Virus record (IMG/VR): IMGVR_UViG_3300042922_000911
Location: 1 to 64,000 of that record
Reading direction: 5' to 3' (one strand)
Source: a virus
DNA length: 64,000 nt
Shown here: positions 1 through 9,829 of the stretch, one piece after another
Layout: every line of letters begins with the position of its first letter
Position numbering within the stretch: the first letter of the stretch is position 1
The notes under the pieces: model-generated
What the model was told of the DNA's origin: nothing
Seen by the model: only the letters and a program-made list of their open reading frames with translations
Database searches by the model: none
Translations under genes and position numbers: made by a program

Positions 1-505
1 GATCGGCCCGCAAGGCATCCAAGGCCCGGCCGGTGCCGACGGCCTCGACGGTGCGCCGGGTGCCGACGGTGCTACCGGCCCGCAGGGTGAGATCGGCCCG
101 CAGGGGCCGCAGGGCGAGATCGGCCCGCAAGGCATCCAAGGCCCGGCCGGTGCCGACGGCCTCGACGGTGCGCCGGGTGCCGACGGTGCTACCGGCCCGC
201 AGGGTGAGATCGGCCCACAGGGGCCGCAGGGCTTGCAGGGCGTGCCGGGTGACACCGGCCCCGCCGGGCCTGCCGGTGCCGATGGCCTCGACGGGGCCAC
301 CGGCCCGCAGGGCGAGATCGGCCCGCAAGGCATCCAAGGCCCGGCCGGTGCCGACGGCCTCGACGGGGCCACCGGCCCGCAGGGCGAGATCGGCCCACAG
401 GGGCCGCAGGGCGAGCAAGGCCCACAGGGCATCCAGGGGCCACCAGGCGAAACGGGTGCCACCGGCGACACCGGCCCGGCCGGGCCGCAGGGCGACCCCG
501 GCACG
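1..505 (+). repeat. Tandem DNA repeats encoding collagen triplets
   Basis: 1-117 is nearly identical to 118-234; GAGATCGGCCC(G/A)CA(A/G)GG recurs. Confidence 0.9.
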
Positions 506-841
506 GCCTATGACATTGGCGTGGGCGTCGCCGGGCTCATGCCGGAAGGCGAGAAAATTCTTATCTTCCAGGCCGTGCGCGACTTCACGCTCCCGGCGTC
601 GCTGACCGGCAGCTCGTCGAAGAGCGGCACGGCCGCGACGAGCTCGTACACGTTCACGATCGCGAAGAACGGCTCGAGCATCGGCAGCGTGAACTATGCG
701 GCGGCCGCCACCACGGCCACGTTCACGTTCGCCTCGAGCGTGAGTTTCGCCGCGGGCGACACCCTCACGATCACCACCGACGGCACCGCTGACGCGACGC
801 TCGCCAACGTCGGAATCACACTGAAAGGCACGGTGAGCTGA
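2..841 (+). CDS. Collagen-like (Gly-X-Y) fibre protein, 5'-truncated
   Basis: Frame is open from position 2 ([17 protein letters not shown]...); continuous G-X-Y triplets, then a beta-rich C-terminal domain. Confidence 0.85.
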   Translation: MGPQGIQGPAGADGLDGAPGADGATGPQGEIGPQGPQGEIGPQGIQGPAGADGLDGAPGADGATGPQGEIGPQGPQGLQGVPGDTGPAGPAGADGLDGATGPQGEIGPQGIQGPAGADGLDGATGPQGEIGPQGPQGEQGPQGIQGPPGETGATGDTGPAGPQGDPGTAYDIGVGVAGLMPEGEKILIFQAVRDFTLPASLTGSSSKSGTAATSSYTFTIAKNGSSIGSVNYAAAATTATFTFASSVSFAAGDTLTITTDGTADATLANVGITLKGTVS

Positions 842-2205
842 TGCCGCCGGTGTTCTTCCAGCGGTACGTGATGCGCGAGAGCGCGCCCCCACCGCCCGCC
901 GATCCGACGATGCCGACGCCCATGAGCTATTGGCGGTTCGAGAGTGCCCCGAGCAATTCGTTTCGCCCGTCTATGGGCACCGACAACCTAACCTTCGGCA
1001 CGACCGGCACGGCGGCTGGCGTGGCGACCGGCAAAGTCGGCAACTGCGCCGACTTCGTGACCAAGGACTTTTCCTATGTATCTGCTATCGTCAACAACGC
1101 CAGCAAGAGCATAGCGTTTTGGGTCAACGGCAGCGATCCGTCGGCAACGAAAGTCATCCTCAAGCTGGCAAATGGTTCTGCGTCGAATACATTTTGTTCG
1201 ATTGGATGCACCGCAACCGAATTTGGCGCATGGGATTTGACAGGCAGCAATTTTATTGCGGCCGGTTCCGCTGCATCTATTCTAAATGGCGCGTGGCACC
1301 ATATCGTATACGTCGAGGATTCGGTCGGCAATACCCGCAAAATTTACCTTAACGGTGCCCTTGTAACGACTGGCTCGGGCGACCTTTGGAGTTCCACGAC
1401 CTATCCCTACATCGAGATCGGCACGAGCATGGACGCCTACATGGACGAGCTTGCCGTTTACCGCGTCGCGCTCACCGCTGAACAGGTCGCGTACCTCTAC
1501 AACAACCCCGGCTCGATCGTCGGGCTCGGCAACGGCAGCTCGACGCCGGCCGACACGACCGGGCTCGTCGCGCCTACCTACGGCTGGAATTTCGACGGCG
1601 ACACCCTCGACGCCATGCCGACGGCCGTCAACAGTGACGCGCTCTCGGGCCTCTCGGGCTCGCCGGCCTACTGTGACGGCCGAAGCGGCCGGGGCAACAC
1701 CGTAAACGCCAGTAGCCGGGTGAATTACACCGCCATCAGCAACGCGGTCAACGACAATGTAAGCGTCAGCTTTTGGTGGCGTCACGACGCGGTTTCGACC
1801 TCGACCGCGATCCGGCTATTGGTTAGCTGGCAGGCCATCACGACCAACCGCGCGCGCTCAATTGGCATTGCGGCAAACGGCAATGTCGGCGTCTACAACA
1901 GCGCGGGCACCTTCATTTCCGCCGGCTCGGCTTGGACAAAGGGCCTGTTTGACGGCAAATGGCACCACATCGTTCTAGTGGAAAGCCCGACCGGGGCCTA
2001 CCGCCGGCTTTACGTCGATGGCGTCTTGAACACGCTCACCAACGGCAACTATTGGACGGCCGCTTCGGGCTCGAAAAACTTTGCCGTCGGCGGCGACTTC
2101 AACCAGGGATTCAAGGCGTTCGGAGACTTTGACGAGGTGCGCGTTTACATCGGCACCGCGCTCACGCAGGCCCAGGTGACGGCCCTCTACAACGCCGGGG
2201 CCTAG
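841..2205 (+). CDS. Double LamG/concanavalin-A-like domain virion or adhesion protein
   Basis: Two domains with YWRF/GWNFDG, S(I/V)xFW, GxWHHIV, (I/L)Y(L/V)(N/D)G and DE(L/V)xVYxxALT motifs. Confidence 0.85.
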   Translation: MPPVFFQRYVMRESAPPPPADPTMPTPMSYWRFESAPSNSFRPSMGTDNLTFGTTGTAAGVATGKVGNCADFVTKDFSYVSAIVNNASKSIAFWVNGSDPSATKVILKLANGSASNTFCSIGCTATEFGAWDLTGSNFIAAGSAASILNGAWHHIVYVEDSVGNTRKIYLNGALVTTGSGDLWSSTTYPYIEIGTSMDAYMDELAVYRVALTAEQVAYLYNNPGSIVGLGNGSSTPADTTGLVAPTYGWNFDGDTLDAMPTAVNSDALSGLSGSPAYCDGRSGRGNTVNASSRVNYTAISNAVNDNVSVSFWWRHDAVSTSTAIRLLVSWQAITTNRARSIGIAANGNVGVYNSAGTFISAGSAWTKGLFDGKWHHIVLVESPTGAYRRLYVDGVLNTLTNGNYWTAASGSKNFAVGGDFNQGFKAFGDFDEVRVYIGTALTQAQVTALYNAGA

Positions 2206-2984
2206 TCGGCCTCGACCTCGCTTGCGGCGGTGCCGGGCACCTTGCGCTCGAGGGCGCGTTGCTGGTGGTTCTCGACGTGGCGGCTCGCGCGGCGCAGAAA
2301 CTCGGCGAGCGCCTGGCCGTGGGGCACGTCGCGTTCTATTCGCGTGGCGAGAGCTGCGAGCGCGCCGGGCGGTAACTCCCTGACGGGCTCGGTCATGTTG
2401 GCGAGGGCGATCGCGTCGGCGAGGGCCGCGTATAGCTCGCGCAGCTCTTCGCGGCTGATGCTCTTCTTACCTTGTGCCATCGGTGCGCCCCCACGATTCG
2501 GCCTGGAGGTCTTCGGCGCGCTCGACGCGCTCGGTTCCGTCGTCCCAGATAATCAGGTAAGCGTCTGCGCGCCCGGCAAAGGCTTTCACCTTGCCGAAGG
2601 TCCTGCCGTGAATCAACTTGCCGGGGTTGTCGCGGTCGAGCATGGTGATCGCCTTGCTGACCCGCTGGCCGATCGCCCAAGGGGTGTTAATCATGGTGGT
2701 TTCCCTTTCCGCCGGTTATCGCGGCACCGAGAGCGCGGGAAGCGCCGAAACCGGCCACGGGGGCGCGGTTGCGGGTGCAGGGTAGGGGCCTGCTCGCGGT
2801 GCCATTCCAGATAAGCGACATTATCAATGCTTTTTCGGTGTCCTTCCTGGTTCCAGCTACGGTGTCAGAGCAAGTGACATAATTAGTGCCGGAATCGGTC
2901 TAACCTCAACATACCACGTTGTCACCATTTGCAAAGGCGATATACAAGTGTTCAGGCCAAAATATCGCAAATTCACATCAAAAG

Positions 2985-3012
2985 CGGCCCCGAGCGTATA
3001 TCTCGGGGCCGT
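2985..3012 (-). terminator. Rho-independent terminator
   Basis: CGGCCCCGAG-N7-CTCGGGGCCG hairpin followed by CTTTTGAT on the minus strand, downstream of the ORF ending at 3056. Confidence 0.65.
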
Positions 3013-3291
3013 TATGTCGAAACCGTCATTTTTTGATGCAAATCGGGGAATGTTGTCAGTCTGCGTGGTTTCCAGGGCGCGCGACGCCCGCGCGACGCGC
3101 CAACAGCCGCAACATGGCGTCGGGGATTGCTTGCAGCTTGGCGATCGCTGCCGTCGCCTCGGGCGTCCCTTCCGCCTCGAGCAGTTCGATCGCGAGGCCC
3201 AAGGCATCAAAGGCGCTCGCGTTCTCGGCGGCTTGCCATAACGCCATGAGGTCGTCGTGATCCTCGGGGCCTATCTCTTTGAGCAAGCGGC

Positions 3292-3519
3292 TCATGGCCA
3301 CTCGCCCCGCGACTTCATCAGCTCGACGTACCCCGGCGGCGCGACGAGCTCGGCGAGCTTGGCGATCGCCGCGTCCTGGTCGGCCCCGCTGCGCTTGGCG
3401 AAGACGACCTCGATCGCCGCGATCTTCACCGCGTAAAGCTCCCGGTTCTGCGCCGTCGCCTTGAAGTACATGGCGAGCATGGCCGCGAGGGCCAGCACCC
3501 ACCCAATCAGCTCGATCAT
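3292..3519 (-). CDS. Small membrane protein
   Basis: Hydrophobic N-terminus MIELIGWVLALAAMLAMYF. Confidence 0.6.
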   Translation of the reverse strand: MIELIGWVLALAAMLAMYFKATAQNRELYAVKIAAIEVVFAKRSGADQDAAIAKLAELVAPPGYVELMKSRGEWP

Positions 3520-4502
3520 GACTTCTTGCCTTTCTTCTTGCCGAGGCCCTGCGCGTCGCGGTATTCGGCCCACAGGCTCGCGTCGGTGATCCAGATGCCG
3601 TTGCGGCACACGCCCGCAAGCGCCCCGGCCTCGACGGCCTTCACCAGCCGCGAGAGCGGCACGCCCACGGTGCCCGCGCAGCCCGCGAGCGTCATGGGGC
3701 GCACCAGCCACGACGGCATGGCATTCGGGTCCGCGGCCGGTGCCGGTGCCGACGGGGGAGCTGCGTCGATCACCTCGGCGACGACTTGCGGCTCATGGCG
3801 CTTCTTGGCGGCCGCGCTGAAATGCTCGACCCCGTGCCGCTCGAGCGTCGCCTGCCCGCCCGCGCGCCCACCGCCCATGCGGCCGATCTCGCGGAAAAAC
3901 TCAGGCCCGCGCGCATCCTTGAGGGCCGTGCCGCCAGCCTTCCCGGCGTCGCGCATGTGGTCGCTGCCGTGGCGATCGACGGTCTTTCGCCCGCCCTTGC
4001 GCCCCCACTCCCTGGTGCGCTGATCGCCCTTCTGGAAGCCACCCCGGCGCGGCAGCGGCTCGCTAGGGTTCGCCTCTTTCTTTTCCTGATAGCGCCGCGC
4101 GTTCGCGGCCTTCTGGCAATCCCGGCACCAGAAATTGATGCCGTCGCGCGAACGGTGGTTCTTGTTGAACGCCTCGAGCGGCTTTTCCTGCTCGCATTTC
4201 GAGCAGACCTTGGCCCCGTCCGTCGCCGCGGCGATCGGCTCTTCGCGCAGCCGCTTGGGCAGCGGGCGCGGGTTGTCGGGCATCAGGGGCCGCGGCGAGC
4301 CCGCTGGCGTGCCGTCCTTGCGCGGTCGCCCCATGGGGCGCTTCGCAGGCGGCTCGGGCACGGGCTCAGGCACGCGCATGGGGCCGGTGACGATCGGTGG
4401 CCTGCCCTCGGCGACGCAGATAGCGCAAGGGTTCGCGGGGCCATTGGGAAAGATGCCCTCGAGTAATTCGGTGGCGCAGGAGATACACAGATAGCGGGCC
4501 AC
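3516..4502 (-). CDS. Multidomain protein: Zn ribbons, AT-hook, KGG/GsiB-like repeats, C-terminal HTH-like domain
   Basis: CISC..CAIC; KRPMGRPRK; CSKC..CRDC; REWGRKGG, DAGKAGG, FFREIGRMGG; GTG start with SD. Confidence 0.7.
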   Translation of the reverse strand: MARYLCISCATELLEGIFPNGPANPCAICVAEGRPPIVTGPMRVPEPVPEPPAKRPMGRPRKDGTPAGSPRPLMPDNPRPLPKRLREEPIAAATDGAKVCSKCEQEKPLEAFNKNHRSRDGINFWCRDCQKAANARRYQEKKEANPSEPLPRRGGFQKGDQRTREWGRKGGRKTVDRHGSDHMRDAGKAGGTALKDARGPEFFREIGRMGGGRAGGQATLERHGVEHFSAAAKKRHEPQVVAEVIDAAPPSAPAPAADPNAMPSWLVRPMTLAGCAGTVGVPLSRLVKAVEAGALAGVCRNGIWITDASLWAEYRDAQGLGKKKGKKS

Positions 4503-4506
4503 GGCC

Positions 4507-4854
4507 TTACCCCTTATTCTCGGTCGTGAAGGCCCGGAGGTTCTTCCAGGCCTGGGCCACATGCGCGGCCCACGGCTTGCACTCGGGCGGGTACTGCTCG
4601 GCGAGGACGTGCGTCAGGTGCCGCCAGGCCCGGTAAAGGTCGTCACCGCTCACGTCCTCGCCCGTCAGCCCGTCGAAGGTCGCGAGCTGGTGCGACGCCC
4701 CGCCGTCTTCGCGCCGGATGCCGCTCATGAGAACGAACACGTCGGTTCCGCCTACCATCGGGTCGGCTGCGGCGGCCGCGCGCAGCTCGTCGGCCGTGAA
4801 GGGGCCGCGCGTGAAGTCGAGCCGGTATTTCATGGCGTACTTGTGTTCGCTCAT
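4507..4854 (-). CDS. Hypothetical protein
   Basis: ORF whose start overlaps the upstream stop. Confidence 0.6.
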   Translation of the reverse strand: MSEHKYAMKYRLDFTRGPFTADELRAAAAADPMVGGTDVFVLMSGIRREDGGASHQLATFDGLTGEDVSGDDLYRAWRHLTHVLAEQYPPECKPWAAHVAQAWKNLRAFTTENKG

Positions 4855-5237
4855 TTCCGCACCCGCCGCGCTTCGTAGACCAGGCACACGGCCTCGGGCG
4901 TGGTGCCCGTGCGCGAGAGCCTGACGTTCCACAGCATCAGCTCGAGGCCGGCGTCGAGCTCTTCGGGCAGCTCCCACGCGGTCACGAAAAGGCTGTGTTC
5001 CGGCTCGCCCATGCGCGCGATCTCGTCTGACAGCACCATGAGAACCTGCCGCATGTCGTGGCCGTTCGCCACGCGGGCGCGTTCCTCGTCAGCGAATTTC
5101 GCGGCCCACCGGCGGCGACGGCCGCCAGGCTCACCCTCGATCGCCTCGACGTATTCCCACGCGACTATTTCAAACGGCTTGATGCTCTGAATGGAATCGA
5201 GCAGGGCTTGCGTCTGCTCGGGGTTGACCTCCCACAT
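4851..5237 (-). CDS. Hypothetical protein
   Basis: ORF with AAGGAAAGGAA SD. Confidence 0.65.
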   Translation of the reverse strand: MWEVNPEQTQALLDSIQSIKPFEIVAWEYVEAIEGEPGGRRRRWAAKFADEERARVANGHDMRQVLMVLSDEIARMGEPEHSLFVTAWELPEELDAGLELMLWNVRLSRTGTTPEAVCLVYEARRVRK

Positions 5238-5749
5238 GTGGTTTCCTTTCCTTGTGTGGTGAACAGCGGCTATCAGCCGCGAATCAGAAGGTATAATCCG
5301 GCACCGAGCGCGATACAGTAGCCCGCATCGGCGATCCAGATTATCTTGCGACCTCGCGCACCGTTTTTAAGGGCGACGTGCGCGAGGGCCTGGGCGACCC
5401 CGCCGAGAACGATCACGGCGAGGACCGCGAGCTTACCCGGTGTCATCGGGCAGCTCGCGGTCCTCGTCATGTTTCAGGGGCCAGCCGTTCATGCCGTCGA
5501 GGTAGCCGGGCTCAAAGCAGGGCGAGAGCGCCGCGATCACGGCGTTCATTTCATCGAAGCCCACATACTTGACCCCGTGCCGGCTGACGGCCTTGAACAG
5601 CTCTGCGGCAAGGGAAACGGGAATGCCCATGACGATCCTCCCGGCAACAGGCGGTCACAGGCAAGGGTTCAGCCCCGCGCGTGACCTCGAGCGGCCAATG
5701 ACAACATACCCCGCAACAGGGTTAGAGCGCAAGGTGTGACGGAAACGCC

Positions 5750-6073
5750 CTATGCGCCCCCGTGGGCGGCATCGAGGACGCCGCGGGCGAACGCCTCGAT
5801 GTTTGCAAGCAATGTCAGCGCCGTGTCGCCGCCGTCGAGGCCCTGGTCGGCGGCCACCACGACGTTTGACGCGAGCAATTGCAGGGCGATCGCGAGGCGA
5901 TCGGCGTCGGTCAGCTCGAGGCGGCCGTCGGCGTACTCGTCGGTTTGCTCGCGCAGATGCTCGACGAGGCGAGCTGTGACCGGCAGGGCGTGCTTACGGC
6001 TGGCCCTTGGCGCGGCGGCGTTTGCGGCGGCGCGCTCCTTGCGGGTGCGTTTGGCTTTCGGCTTGGGGGGCAT
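5750..6073 (-). CDS. Hypothetical protein with basic N-terminus
   Basis: GAGAACCCCCATG start context. Confidence 0.6.
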   Translation of the reverse strand: MPPKPKAKRTRKERAAANAAAPRASRKHALPVTARLVEHLREQTDEYADGRLELTDADRLAIALQLLASNVVVAADQGLDGGDTALTLLANIEAFARGVLDAAHGGA

Positions 6074-6241
6074 GGGGGTTCTCTTTCAGTCGGCGCGCAC
6101 CAAAGACGCGCCCCCCGGCGGGTGCCGGGGAGCGAAGGGCGTCGAGCAGGGCGAGCGCACAGGTCAGGCAGCGCGCGGGCGTGAGAATGAGGTACTGAAC
6201 CAGCGCGTTACACAAGGGGCAATGGACGACGCGACGCGCCA

Positions 6242-6889
6242 TCAGGCGGGCAGAACGTAGGTGTAGGCGATCGCGCTGAACGGGTTGGTAGGATCGTCGA
6301 GCTTGATTTGCCCGCGCCCGTTGGCCTCGGCGGTGCGATACCACGCGGGCTGATCGGCGCGGCGATCGGTCGTGGTGAAGTCGTGAACGGGCTGCATGTT
6401 CGCGGCCGTGGTGCCCACCGTCGCGCCATCGGGCAGGGTCGCCAGCACCTCGGCGAGCGTGGTGGCCGTTTCTTTCGTGAAGCCAAGCACGACGCTCGAC
6501 GGCTCGGGCATGGCCACCGGGGAAGCCACAGCGGGCGCGGGTTTCGGCTTCTTGACCTTCGGGGTCGCGGCCTTCGCGGGCTTAAGCTTGGCTTCTGGCG
6601 CGGGTTTCGGGGTGGCCTGTTTCTGCTTGCGCTCGGCGTCGAGCTTGGCGAGGTTCGCGCGGTTCACGGGCTTCAACACGACGCGCATCTTCTCGGCGTC
6701 GAGGTCTTCGACCGTCTGCCCGTCCTTCAACAGGCCGAGGTACTTGCTTTTCAGCTTCCCGCCTTCGCGGAAGAAAACGTACCAGTAGGGGCCGTGCCCG
6801 TTTTCGTTCTGGCACGTCTTGCAATGCTCATGCTTGCCGCACTTTCGGCGCTCATGCCGGTAGGTGCGCGTTTTGCCCTTTTCAGCCAT
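6242..6889 (-). CDS. DUF6788-like Zn-binding protein
   Basis: RRKCGKHEHCKTC..GHGPYWY..GKLKSKYLG signature followed by a Lys/Ala/Pro-rich linker. Confidence 0.7.
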   Translation of the reverse strand: MAEKGKTRTYRHERRKCGKHEHCKTCQNENGHGPYWYVFFREGGKLKSKYLGLLKDGQTVEDLDAEKMRVVLKPVNRANLAKLDAERKQKQATPKPAPEAKLKPAKAATPKVKKPKPAPAVASPVAMPEPSSVVLGFTKETATTLAEVLATLPDGATVGTTAANMQPVHDFTTTDRRADQPAWYRTAEANGRGQIKLDDPTNPFSAIAYTYVLPA

Positions 6890-7327
6890 GGCAGCGTCCT
6901 CTTTTTGGCTCTTGGTTACACAGGATTCCATTATTCTACACCTCCGTCGGGGTCGTTTGCATCAGGCAGATCGGACAAAACGGCCGAAGGGTCAGGAATG
7001 CGACGCCACGCGCATCCGAAGAGCTGCGCGAGGCGGGCCGCATGCTTGTCTGCTTCCTCGGGATTCCACCAGCTTGTGACCGTTTCGCGCTCGTCGCCCC
7101 TGACGGCCTGAATCTTCCAGATGCCGCCCGAATCGAGGTCGCGGAAAATTTGCAGCTCGACGACCTGGGCGGGCTTGGAGGTGCGCGAGGGAACCGGCGT
7201 GGCCGGGGCTTTTCGGGTGGTTGGCATGTGGTGGCCTTACCTTTCGTTACACAGGATTACACAGGAAAGTTACACAGGGCGCGGATTCGCGCTCGATCGC
7301 CCGTTGGGTTTAGGGGCCTGGGCGGGT

Positions 7328-7624
7328 TTAGGTGCCGGCCTTCCAGTCGAGCCGGAAGATCGTGCCGATCGTGTCGCGCTCGGCCGTCTGCTCGCCGGGG
7401 ATGGCTTCTTGCCGGATGGCGTTGGTGAGCTGCTTGGCCGCGTCGTCGGATGCGAGGTAGCTCGCGGCCGTGGCGATCGCCCGAATGGCTTGGTACACGG
7501 CATCGGGGCCGATGGCCCTGACCTCGACGGCGACGCCCTCGGGCGCGGTGCGTCGGATGGCCTTCGCGATAGCGCCCGCGATAAGGTGCGGGTCGGTGGC
7601 GCGGCGTACCTTAATGACTTCCAT
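7328..7624 (-). CDS. spoVS: Stage V sporulation protein S homolog (Alba-like fold)
   Basis: MEVIKV..DPHLIAGAIA..EVRAIGPDAVYQAIRAIATA..ERDTI aligns with SpoVS MEILKV..NPNSVAGALA..EIQAIGAGALNQAVKAVAIA..ERTAI; AGGAG SD. Confidence 0.8.
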   Translation of the reverse strand: MEVIKVRRATDPHLIAGAIAKAIRRTAPEGVAVEVRAIGPDAVYQAIRAIATAASYLASDDAAKQLTNAIRQEAIPGEQTAERDTIGTIFRLDWKAGT

Positions 7625-8971
7625 GCGGCGGCTCCTGCTGCGGAAAGGGGGAGGGGCAACCTCACGGCTGGCCCAATTTCCGTAGGATAGCAGCATGGCG
7701 ACGAACGCCCCCTTTTTTCTGTCACACAGGCCCGGCGAGGCCGATCGCGTGGGCGACCTCCCCGCCCTGCTGCCGTATGGTGTCGGCCACGACCTCGACG
7801 GCCTCGCGCAGGCCGCGCAGCTCGCGCAGCTTCGCAAGCTCAATTTCGGCCATGACGCGGGGTATCTCGTACAGTTGAAGGTCTTTGACCTTGGCGGCAA
7901 GCGCGTCGAGGTCGTCGTTATCGTTCAGCTCAGCCATTCGTGGGCCTCCTTGCACTCGGGGCAGGGGTTGGTGTCGTCGTGGCCGTGTTCCTCCCGCATG
8001 GGGCAGTTTTCGAGGTGGTCTTCGGCTTTGATGGTCTTCGCCCGGCCCTCGTCCATGACGGCGAAGTAGCGGGTAAAGAACGCGCCGATCGCCCGCATCT
8101 GCCCGGCGTCGAGCTGGGTGTACCCCGGCGGTTGGCCGGGCGCGGCCGGGGGCGTGTACACGTCGCACACGGGCATCATCGAATCACGGTCGCCCGACGG
8201 GTCTTTGACCCACCGGATCGAGGCTACCAGCCCGTCATTCAGGGCGAGAAAGTGATCAGTCGCCATGGGGGTTCTCTCCTTTCAGGGCCTCGACGGCCTT
8301 GTGCAGCTCGACGTGTTCAAGCGCCCGATCGAGCGCGTCGAAACGCTCGCGCAGGTTCGCCCGGCACTTCGCCACGTCTTCGGCCTTCACCTCGTCGCGG
8401 GCGAAGTTCGCCGCGAGCGTGACGGTTCCGGCCACGATCTTCCGAAGATGCTCGGCGGTGTAGGCGACGTGTTCCAGCACGGCAGGATCGAGGGGCCGCG
8501 CTGGCCTGTTTGGGGTGTCTGTCATGGTGTCCTCCCGGCGCGGCTTGCTGACCGCGCCTTTACGCATTCTAGGTGAGCAGGCACCACGCCCGAAGGCGTG
8601 GCGCATGCGAGGTGGTGTTGCGGGTCTACCGGCTCGCCGCAGAGGTGGCAAGGCCCCTCGGCGGCGAGCGACTTCCAAGGGTTCACGCCGTCAGGCGCTC
8701 CCCGGCAGCGACGATCGCCTCGTCCCATGGCCCGGTGCAGGTCGAGCCGATCGGCTCGCAGGCCTCGGCGTCGTAGATGGCGACGCCCGTGCTGTCGGCG
8801 AGCAGGTTGAACCACTCGTCGCCCACGCGCACTTGCACCACGGCCTCGCTGGTCGTGTTGCCGAACCAGATGCTATTGCCCACCTCGTCGAAGCCCTGCG
8901 CCTGCGCGGCTTCGCGCAGGGTGTCGGGCGTGAGGGGCGTTTTAGCTTTGAAACCGAACATGGGGGCCTCC

Positions 8972-9232
8972 TTAGAAGCGGTTGACGCGGGCCTTCAAGT
9001 CGGCCTCGGTCATGGGGGCGAACGTCACGCGGATTCCGGCGATCGTCTTTTTCAGCGCGGGCAGTTCGTAGTCGATGAAGTCGCTGAATTGGATGGGGGC
9101 GAGCTGATGAACGCTGCTGTGGCCGTACTTGGCGAAAAGATGCTCATGAACGTCCTCGTTGCTCAGCCCGAGGCGCTTGGCCGTGCCCCACAGAAGGCGG
9201 AGCTGCTTGGCGGTGAGCTTGGTTTCGGTCAT
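8972..9232 (-). CDS. Mu gp16/GemA-like (DUF1018) protein
   Basis: QLRLLWGTAKRLGLSNEDVHEHL..YGHSSVHQL pattern. Confidence 0.55.
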   Translation of the reverse strand: MTETKLTAKQLRLLWGTAKRLGLSNEDVHEHLFAKYGHSSVHQLAPIQFSDFIDYELPALKKTIAGIRVTFAPMTEADLKARVNRF

Positions 9233-9351
9233 GGGGCATCCCTCCGTTACACAGGAATCTCGATGCCTGTATATTACACAGGAAAAGCCCCCGGCACACC
9301 GAGCGGCCGGGGGAAATTTCCTGTGTAATGCGACGAAGGGAAACCAAGGCG

Positions 9352-9828
9352 CTAGAGCGGCCCTTGCCAGGTGAACAGCACAAGGTCTTTTTGAAACTGG
9401 CGGCGCACGAAGCCTTTCAGTTCGCGCACGCCAAGCTCGCGGCGTTTCTTCATCCCGCCCCAAACCCATTCGATCGTGCCATCCCAAAGGCTTCCGTCCT
9501 CGGTCGTGACGCTCACGGTGTCGCCGAGCCTGGGCGGGCGCGTCAGCTTCCAGTGGCACACGATCGCCGTCTGATCGGTGAGCGACACGCCCGGCGGGTT
9601 CACGCCGCTCACAAGCTCGTCGGCCGGCAGCTCGCGAAGCATCAATTCGGCCCCCTCGAGCGCCGAGCGGATCACGTAGTCGCGCACCGGGCCGGTCGCG
9701 TAGCCCGCGGCCCCGCCGAGGATCGTCACCTCGGCTTTCCACTTCCGGCCGCGCGCGAGGTAGCGCACGCGCAAGTCGGTGAGCTGCGTGCTTACCGGGC
9801 TGGCGTTCAGGGCTTCCCACAGTTTCAT
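9352..9828 (-). CDS. Hypothetical protein
   Basis: ORF directly downstream of dnaN with GGAGG SD. Confidence 0.65.
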   Translation of the reverse strand: MKLWEALNASPVSTQLTDLRVRYLARGRKWKAEVTILGGAAGYATGPVRDYVIRSALEGAELMLRELPADELVSGVNPPGVSLTDQTAIVCHWKLTRPPRLGDTVSVTTEDGSLWDGTIEWVWGGMKKRRELGVRELKGFVRRQFQKDLVLFTWQGPL

Positions 9829-9829
9829 G

